From: Dehalococcoidia bacterium
GTDB taxonomy: Bacteria > Chloroflexota > Dehalococcoidia > Bin125
Direction: 5' to 3'
Assembly: GCA_963662615.2 (NCBI GenBank)
Contig: CAXXSR010000001.1
Location: 576,001-640,000, forward strand
DNA length: 64,000 nucleotides
Positions 57,827 to 64,000 of this stretch are shown in pieces. The notes beneath the pieces were generated by a model, which saw nothing but the letters and a program-made list of their open reading frames with translations, was not told the DNA's origin and did not search any database. Made by a program: the position numbers and the translations under genes. Position 1 is the first letter of the stretch. Each line of letters begins with the position of its first letter.

Positions 57827-58410
57827 CCGCCACCGAGAGCGACGTCATTGCCGCCGGCGCCCGCGTCGTCCTGCGCCGCAAGCGCCTGTCAGACGCGGCC
57901 AACGACTACGCCTGGCGCCGCGACGCGGAGCTGGCCCGCTACGACGCCGCCACGCCCACCTCCCTCAGCTATGACGAATTTCTGGCCACCTTCAGGGAAG
58001 AGCTTCGCCATGCGCAGCCGGTCCGCCGCACCTACGCCGTGGACGACCGCGAGGGCGGGCACATTGGCAACGTGATGTACTACAACATCGACCATCGGCG
58101 GCGGGAGGCGGAACTGGGGATCACTATTGGCGATCCCGCCTATTGGGGCCGGGGCTGCGGCAGCGAAGCCGTCGCGCTGCTGGTGGACTACATCTTCACC
58201 GAAACCCCGCTGACGCGCGTCTACCTGCACACGCTGGATTGGAACGTGCGGGCCCAGCGCAGCTTCGCCGGCGCCGGCTTCCGGCCCTGCGGGCGCACGC
58301 GCCGCGGTCACCATCGCTTCCAGATCATGGAGATCCGCCGCGCCTGGCTCTGGCAGCGCGATTACCCCCGCCGCGCCCGCAAGCGCCCGCCCCGGCGGGG
58401 ACGCTCGTAG
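57823..58410 (+). CDS. GNAT (RimJ/RimL-type) acetyltransferase
   Basis: HIGNVMYY, AELGITIG..YWGRGCG and NVRAQRSF..GF. Confidence 0.88.
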   Translation: MTATESDVIAAGARVVLRRKRLSDAANDYAWRRDAELARYDAATPTSLSYDEFLATFREELRHAQPVRRTYAVDDREGGHIGNVMYYNIDHRRREAELGITIGDPAYWGRGCGSEAVALLVDYIFTETPLTRVYLHTLDWNVRAQRSFAGAGFRPCGRTRRGHHRFQIMEIRRAWLWQRDYPRRARKRPPRRGRS

Positions 58411-58442
58411 GCTCCGTCGCGCTCGTCCGCTCCCGGCAGCCG

Positions 58443-59447
58443 TCAGCTCGACGCGGCCTCCAGCACGCCCCGCCCCGGCACGTCAATATCGGCGCGCGGG
58501 GGCGCCGCGTTCGCCACCCCGCCCATGAGCTGCGCGGGGACCTGCGCGCGCAGCTCCTCCAGCGTCCACAGCCCCGGCTTCCAGATCTGCCGCTCGGGCG
58601 GGTACAGCTGCGGCAGCACGCCCACCCGGCCGCCGCCCACGGCGAAGGTCTGCCCGTTGATGTTCCAGGCCTCATCCAAGAGCAAATACACCACCATGGG
58701 CGCTACCATCTCCGGCCCCCGCAGGCCCATGGCCGCTTCCCGGGCCCGCTCCTCTTGCAGCTGTTCCATCGTCGCTCCACCGGGCGCGCCAATGCCCGCC
58801 GCCGCCCGCCGCGTCAACGCCTCCGTCGGCACCGACGCCGTCAGCCGCGTCGCCGCGCTGGGGGCAATGGCGTTGCAGGTGACGCCGTAGCGGCCCAGAT
58901 CCCGCGCCACCACGCGCGTCAGCCCCGCCACGCCGGCCTTCGCCGCGCCGTAGTTCGCCTGCCCAGTGTTGCCCTGCAGGCCGCTGACCGAGGTGAAATT
59001 GATGATCCGCCCGTAGCGCTGCTGCCGGAAGACGATCGCCGCCGCCTTGATAGTCGTGAAGTGGCCCTTGAGGTCCACGCGGATGACCTCGTCCCACTCC
59101 TCTTCGGTCATGTTGAAGACCATGCGGTCGCGCAGGATGGCGGCCAGATTCACCAACCCGTCCAGCCGGCCGAAGGCGTCCAGCGCCTGCTGGACCACGG
59201 ATTCCCCGCCCTCCATGGTGGAGACGTCCGCGTAATTGGACACAGCCTCGCCCCCGGCCGCCCGCACGTCTTGCACCACCTGGTCCGCCGGGCCGTTGTC
59301 GTGGCCGTCGCCGTCCACGTTGACGCCCGCGTCATTGACGACCAGCTTCGCCCCTTCCGTCGCCGCCAGCAGCGCCACCTCACGGCCAATGCCGCGGCCC
59401 GCGCCGGTCAGCGCGATCACCCTGCCGTCCAACAATCCCATCTCCAT
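58443..59447 (-). CDS. SDR oxidoreductase (3-hydroxyacyl-CoA dehydrogenase/MFE-2-like)
   Basis: TGAGRGIG, ILRD, GQANYGAAKAG and CNAIAP. Confidence 0.92.
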   Translation of the reverse strand: MEMGLLDGRVIALTGAGRGIGREVALLAATEGAKLVVNDAGVNVDGDGHDNGPADQVVQDVRAAGGEAVSNYADVSTMEGGESVVQQALDAFGRLDGLVNLAAILRDRMVFNMTEEEWDEVIRVDLKGHFTTIKAAAIVFRQQRYGRIINFTSVSGLQGNTGQANYGAAKAGVAGLTRVVARDLGRYGVTCNAIAPSAATRLTASVPTEALTRRAAAGIGAPGGATMEQLQEERAREAAMGLRGPEMVAPMVVYLLLDEAWNINGQTFAVGGGRVGVLPQLYPPERQIWKPGLWTLEELRAQVPAQLMGGVANAAPPRADIDVPGRGVLEAASS

Positions 59448-59487
59448 CGCTCCTCTCCTGCGCACGCGCCTCTGCTCCGCCCCGGGC

Positions 59488-59919
59488 CTACCCCCGCGAC
59501 GGCAGCGTCACGATGCCGGATCCCTGGGTGGTCTTCTGCCCGTCCTCATTCTCTCCCCAGATTTCCAGCTCCAGAAAATTATCCGCGCCTTCTTGGTATT
59601 TCTTGCGCACCGTTCCCCGCAGCCGGAACGGCTTGCCCGGCACGTCCATGCCCCGATACGAGCAGGTTACGCGCTTCACCCGCCCGCCCGGCGCCGCCAG
59701 CCGGTGCAGCAGCTGCCCCAGCCAGGCATGCTTCAACGCGCCATGAAGAATAATGCCGTCCAGCCCCGCGCTCTCCGCGAAGTCCTTGTCGTAGTGAATC
59801 TGGTAGAAGTCGCCCGAGGCGGCGGCCCACTGCACCAGCTGCAGTGGGGTTGGGCTCTTGACCAGCTCCGGGATCGGGTCGCCCTCGTTGAGATCCTCAA
59901 AGTAGATCTGCTCGGCCAC
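59488..59919 (-). CDS. MaoC-family (R)-hydratase subunit
   Basis: AAASGDFYQIHYD..AGLDGIILHG. Confidence 0.9.
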   Translation of the reverse strand: MAEQIYFEDLNEGDPIPELVKSPTPLQLVQWAAASGDFYQIHYDKDFAESAGLDGIILHGALKHAWLGQLLHRLAAPGGRVKRVTCSYRGMDVPGKPFRLRGTVRKKYQEGADNFLELEIWGENEDGQKTTQGSGIVTLPSRG

Positions 59920-59933
59920 CACATTCCCTCGCG

Positions 59934-60530
59934 CTATTCCGCGTCCTCGGGCCGGCGGCCGTACGAGATCGTCGTCCCCCGACCGATCGCTACCAGGCGC
60001 CCCTCCTGGTTCGTGTAGGTCGTGGAGATCGTCTGGATCAGGATGGGGCTGCCCAACGCCGTGCTGTAACGCTCGGCCAAGCTCTCCAGCTTGCTGACGG
60101 CCGTGAGCACGTCGCCGGCGCACAGCCCTGCATCGAAGAACTCTAGGTCGGTGCCGCCGTTGAGGACGAACTGATGCGGCGAGCGCACACGCGCGCCGGC
60201 GTCTCGACGGCCGCTGGAGACGGGGTCGGAGCGCTCGGGATCGAAAACGGGCGTGCCCAGGTATCCCGGCGGCGCCGGGAGATCCCGGTAGCCCTGGCTC
60301 TGCGCCACCGCTCGGTCGTAGAAGACGGGGTCCGCGTAGCCCACGGCCCGCGCGAACATGCGCACGCTGGTGCTGGTGACCTCATACGTCAGCGGCGCTG
60401 CCTCCAGCCCGATCTTCGCTCGCATCTCCTCCGTGATCACGGAGTCGAACTGTGGTTGGGTGGAGATCGTGACCCGCTCTCCTCGCCGTTCCTGCGCCCC
60501 GGCCGCGTCATCGCTGCGCGCTTCAGTCAT
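59934..60530 (-). CDS. MaoC N-terminal (FAS1_N) hot-dog subunit
   Basis: VRMFARAVG, APPGYLG, LNGGT, GDVL and YTNQEG; adjacent to the MaoC gene. Confidence 0.85.
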   Translation of the reverse strand: MTEARSDDAAGAQERRGERVTISTQPQFDSVITEEMRAKIGLEAAPLTYEVTSTSVRMFARAVGYADPVFYDRAVAQSQGYRDLPAPPGYLGTPVFDPERSDPVSSGRRDAGARVRSPHQFVLNGGTDLEFFDAGLCAGDVLTAVSKLESLAERYSTALGSPILIQTISTTYTNQEGRLVAIGRGTTISYGRRPEDAE

Positions 60531-60632
60531 GAACCAATGCCGTCCCCGCGCGCGCACGGGAGCAACGCCGCCGCGAAGGGCGGCACAGCATAGGCCCCGT
60601 CGAAAACGGGTGTCAAACCGGCGCGGCGCAAC

Positions 60633-61307
60633 CTATTCCACCCGCCCCAGCGGCGCCGCGTACTCGCGGCCGCTCTCAAGATCAACGGCCGCAAAGCGCC
60701 CGCCCTTAAGCTCCCGCACCAAGTCCTGCCACGTCTCAATCCGGTCTGACTCGAAGTGCGTGGCGACCTTGCCCACATGGTGCACCGCGTGCGAATCGGT
60801 GCCGGCGGTCCCCGGCAGCGCCAGCATGCCGCACAGCTCTTGGCTGAAACGGTTCTCGCGATCGCTCCCACGGCCGTTCAACGCCTCCAGCGCGACCGTG
60901 TGCACGAAGGCGGGGATCCGGGACGCCCGCTCCAGCGCCGCTTGCCACTCCTTCGCATCATCCCGCCATGGGAGCCGCCCCCGGTACGGGTGGGCGGCGA
61001 CCAGGCAGCCGCCTCGCTCCTGCACGTGCTCCGCCAGGCGCTCGGTGCGGTGCATGCCGAACACGTAGCGCTCAATTCCGAAGGCCAAGATGTGTCCGTC
61101 GTCCGTGCTGATCTCCGCCCCCGCCAGCACCAGGAAGTCATGCTCCTCGGCGAGCTTCGCGATCTCCGCCGCCGGCCAGACCGAGTCGTGCTCCGTCAGG
61201 CAGATCCCGTCCAGGCCCGCGGCTCGCGCCCGTTCGATCAGATCGCTGGGGTCCAGGACGGAATCGTGTGATCGGGGCCAGGTGTGGTTGTGGAGGTCGA
61301 TCAGCAT
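60633..61307 (-). CDS. PHP-domain phosphoesterase
   Basis: DLHNHT, LTEHD, GHILAFG, AHPYR and GTDSH. Confidence 0.9.
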   Translation of the reverse strand: MLIDLHNHTWPRSHDSVLDPSDLIERARAAGLDGICLTEHDSVWPAAEIAKLAEEHDFLVLAGAEISTDDGHILAFGIERYVFGMHRTERLAEHVQERGGCLVAAHPYRGRLPWRDDAKEWQAALERASRIPAFVHTVALEALNGRGSDRENRFSQELCGMLALPGTAGTDSHAVHHVGKVATHFESDRIETWQDLVRELKGGRFAAVDLESGREYAAPLGRVE

Positions 61308-61449
61308 GCTGTGCCCTCCCCAACCCCTGCCGGCCCCCGGCCGCTCGTTGTGACCCCCCAGGGCCGATGCTATACTCGCAACTCGCGACTGATTTCACAA
61401 ACGGATCGCAAGGGAGCGCTCACCGCAGCGGGCGGCGGAACGGACTGCT

Positions 61450-61824
61450 GTGCTTCTCGAGCAGTACGGCCATCTGGGCATCCTCCTCATCTTCGCGATC
61501 ATCTTTCCCTCCATCCCCCTCATCTCCTCCTGGGCCCTGCACCGGGCCAAGATCCGTCCCCACCTCCCCAACGTGGTCAAGGAGGACACCTACGAATGTG
61601 GCGTGGAGACGGAGGGCCCCACCTGGGTCCAGTTCAACTTCCGCTACTACCTCATTGCGCTCATCTTCGTGCTCTTCGACGTGGAAGTGATCTTCCTCTT
61701 CCCGCTCGCCGCCGCCCTTGACTCCGTGGCGCTCTTCGGCCTCGTCGCCGGGCTGATCTTCATCGGCATCCTGGCGCTGGGCCTCGTCTATGAATGGCGC
61801 AAGCGGGCCCTCGAGTGGCGCTGA
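61450..61824 (+). CDS. nuoA: NADH-quinone oxidoreductase subunit A
   Basis: TYECG, FRYYLIALIFVLFDVE and YEWRKRALEW. Confidence 0.95.
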   Translation: MLLEQYGHLGILLIFAIIFPSIPLISSWALHRAKIRPHLPNVVKEDTYECGVETEGPTWVQFNFRYYLIALIFVLFDVEVIFLFPLAAALDSVALFGLVAGLIFIGILALGLVYEWRKRALEWR

Positions 61825-61855
61825 CGGCGCCCAGGCGCGGCGGAGGCATCCCGGC

Positions 61856-62446
61856 GTGACGGCCATCCTCGACCCCGGCGCCATCGCCCCCCGTCTGGAG
61901 GCCGCCGTCCCCGGCTCCGTCCGCTCCCGCGACGGCGGCGCTCTCACGCTCCAGCCCGAATCGCTCGACGCCGCGATCCGCTTCCTCCGCGACGACCCCG
62001 AGCTTGACCTCGTCTGCCTCGCCCAGCTCACCGCCGTGGACTGGGAGACGCATTTTGAACTCGTCTACCACCTCCAGTCGCTGGACCTCAACCACCTCCT
62101 GCTCTGCAAGACCGTGGCCTTGGACCATGAGGCGCCGCACGTGCCCTCCCTGACCCCGATCTATCGCGGCGCCTTGCTGCAGGAGCGGGAACTCTTCGAT
62201 CTCATGGGCATCCACTTCGACGGCCACCCCGACCTGCGCCGCATGTTCCTTTGGGACGGCTTCCCCGGGCATCCCCTGCGCAAGGACTTCATGGGCATGC
62301 CCGGCACGCTCCGGGCGGGCCTGCCGGGATTCCCGCACGAGTCCGGCGTCAACGCCTGGCCGGTGCCGGGCAGCGTGTCCGCCCCCGGCGCGCCGCCGGC
62401 GCGCCCCGGCGGCGCGCCCTCGCGCCCTCAAGGACCGCAGACATGA
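61856..62446 (+). CDS. nuoC: NADH-quinone oxidoreductase subunit C
   Basis: LTAVDW, ERELFDLMGIHFDGHPDLRR and GHPLRKDF. Confidence 0.93.
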   Translation: MTAILDPGAIAPRLEAAVPGSVRSRDGGALTLQPESLDAAIRFLRDDPELDLVCLAQLTAVDWETHFELVYHLQSLDLNHLLLCKTVALDHEAPHVPSLTPIYRGALLQERELFDLMGIHFDGHPDLRRMFLWDGFPGHPLRKDFMGMPGTLRAGLPGFPHESGVNAWPVPGSVSAPGAPPARPGGAPSRPQGPQT

Positions 62447-63561
62447 GCGGGCAAACCCAGTCCGATCCGGCCGAGCCGGTCATCGTCAATCTGGGGCCGC
62501 AGCACCCCTCCACCCACGGCGTCTTCCGCATCAAGGTCGCCCTGGATGGCGAGCGCGTGCAGGACGCCGAGATGATCATTGGCTACTTGCATCGCTCCAT
62601 GGAGAAGCTGGCCGAAGAGCGCACCTACACGCAGAACATCCCTTTCACGGATCGCATCGACTACCTCGCGGCTATGACCAACAACCTGGCCTACTGCATG
62701 GCCGTGGAGAAGCTCGCGGGGGTCGAGGTGCCGCCGCGGGCGCAGGCCATCCGCATCCTCTTCGCGGAGCTGCAGCGCATCGCCAGCCACGCGATGGCGA
62801 ACGGCACCTTCGCCAACGATTGCGGCGCCTGGCAGACGCCGCTGTTCCACATGTTCCGCGAGCGGGAGCGCGTGCTCGACATGTTCGAGATGACCTGCGG
62901 CGCCCGTTTGACCACGAACTACATGCGCATTGGCGGCGTCGCCTTCGACCTTCCCGACGAACTCCTGCCCACCCTGCGAGAGTTCCTCCACGACATGCCC
63001 GAGAAGATCGGGGAGTACCACGACCTCCTCGTTGGCAACGAGATCCTCGTCGCCCGTGGCCGTGACGTCGGCAAGATCAGTGCGGAGGCGGCCATCAACG
63101 CGTCGCTCAGCGGTCCCATGCTGCGCGGCAGCGGCGTGCCCTGGGACCTGCGCAAGGCCGACCCCTACTGCGGCTACGAACACTTGGATTTTGACGTGCC
63201 CGTGGGCCGCAACGGCGACTGCTACGACCGCTTCCTCGTGCGCATGGAAGAGGTCAAGCAGAGCGTGCGCATCTTGGATCAGCTGGTGGACAACATCCCC
63301 GGCGGCCCCTGGCTCACCGCCGTCCCGCTCCACCTCCAGGCCCCCATCGGCGAGGCCTACGCGCGCGTCGAGTCGCCCCGCGGCGAACTGGGCTTCTACG
63401 TCGTCAGCGACGGCGGTCCCGTCCCCTACCGCTTCCACTGCCGCCCCCCCAGCCTCATCAACCTCACCGCCTTGCGCGAGATGACGATCGGTGGGACGTT
63501 GGCCGATGCGATTGTGACCCTCGGGTCGATCGATATCGTGGTGGGGGAGATCGACCGGTGA
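62443..63561 (+). CDS. nuoD: NADH-quinone oxidoreductase subunit D
   Basis: NLGPQHPSTHGV, GYLHR, DRIDY, ESPRGELG and GEIDR. Confidence 0.96.
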   Translation: MSGQTQSDPAEPVIVNLGPQHPSTHGVFRIKVALDGERVQDAEMIIGYLHRSMEKLAEERTYTQNIPFTDRIDYLAAMTNNLAYCMAVEKLAGVEVPPRAQAIRILFAELQRIASHAMANGTFANDCGAWQTPLFHMFRERERVLDMFEMTCGARLTTNYMRIGGVAFDLPDELLPTLREFLHDMPEKIGEYHDLLVGNEILVARGRDVGKISAEAAINASLSGPMLRGSGVPWDLRKADPYCGYEHLDFDVPVGRNGDCYDRFLVRMEEVKQSVRILDQLVDNIPGGPWLTAVPLHLQAPIGEAYARVESPRGELGFYVVSDGGPVPYRFHCRPPSLINLTALREMTIGGTLADAIVTLGSIDIVVGEIDR

Positions 63562-64000
63562 CTGGCGCCCTCGCGGCCTGGTACGACTTCCGCGACCTCA
63601 ACGGGATCAGCCGCGAGATCAGCGAGTGGGTGGCGGGCTGGGGGCCGGACTGGCTCGCCTCCTTCGTCACCGGGCTGCTCGGCGCCCTTGGCATCATTGC
63701 CATCATCGGCCCCACCCTCCTCCTGCTCATCTGGCTCGAGCGCAAGATCATCGCGCGCATGCAGAGCCGCTACGGCCCCAACCGCGTTGGGCCCCGGGGC
63801 CTGCTGCAGCCCGTCGCCGACGCGATGAAATTGATCCTCAAAGAGGAGTTGGCCCCCCGCGCCGCCGACAAGATGATCTTCCTGCTGCCGCCCATCCTGG
63901 TCTTCATCCCCGCCATCCTGATCTGGGGCGTGATCCCATTCGGCCCCAACATGCAGGTGGCCGACCTGAACGTGGGCGTGCTCTACTTCCTGGCGATCTC
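63558..64000 (+). CDS. nuoH: NADH-quinone oxidoreductase subunit H (3'-partial)
   Basis: GTG overlapping the nuoD stop; WLERKIIARMQSRYGPNRVGPRGLLQPVADAMKLILKEE. Confidence 0.93.
   Translation, partial: MTGALAAWYDFRDLNGISREISEWVAGWGPDWLASFVTGLLGALGIIAIIGPTLLLLIWLERKIIARMQSRYGPNRVGPRGLLQPVADAMKLILKEELAPRAADKMIFLLPPILVFIPAILIWGVIPFGPNMQVADLNVGVLYFLAI

Overview
High-GC bacterial chromosomal window. It most resembles Chloroflexota/Dehalococcoidia, an inference from the F420-type LLM oxidoreductase, LPxTG-tailed surface proteins, the argF-cdaA-cdaR-der-plsY-gpsA order and a complex-I-like nuo operon without nuoEFG. The right half (about 33.5-64 kb) is mostly housekeeping: tRNA-Ile2, rarA, mutS2, selA, serA, rph, comEC/comEA, argF, cdaA/cdaR, der, plsY, gpsA and nuoA/C/D/H. 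The left half is accessory. The main discovery is a hidden selenoprotein locus at about 14.3-23.3 kb that the ORF track breaks up. (i) A 102-aa HesB/IscA-like protein (14372..14680, minus strand) has TWO in-frame UGA codons. (ii) A radical SAM enzyme reads through UGA into a C-U-A-E-P tail (18889..20427). All three UGAs are followed 12-13 nt later by a SECIS-like hairpin with a GT-containing loop, and selA lies in the same window. The radical SAM gene sits directly behind nfuA and near an amino-acid-ligase-type ATP-grasp gene, which suggests an undescribed Se-dependent biosynthetic system, possibly for an organometalloid. The locus also carries nested palindromic REP-like elements. One 117-bp element is inserted in-frame in the radical SAM gene and duplicated just downstream, so the two copies bracket the Sec tail. 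Other oddities: an HtrA lacking its catalytic His and Ser, an orphan HicA lacking its catalytic His, probable CTG start codons, a nuo operon without nuoB, an unannotated 32-aa peptide, and two single-base frameshifts. All family calls come from motif recognition by eye; no database searches were run.
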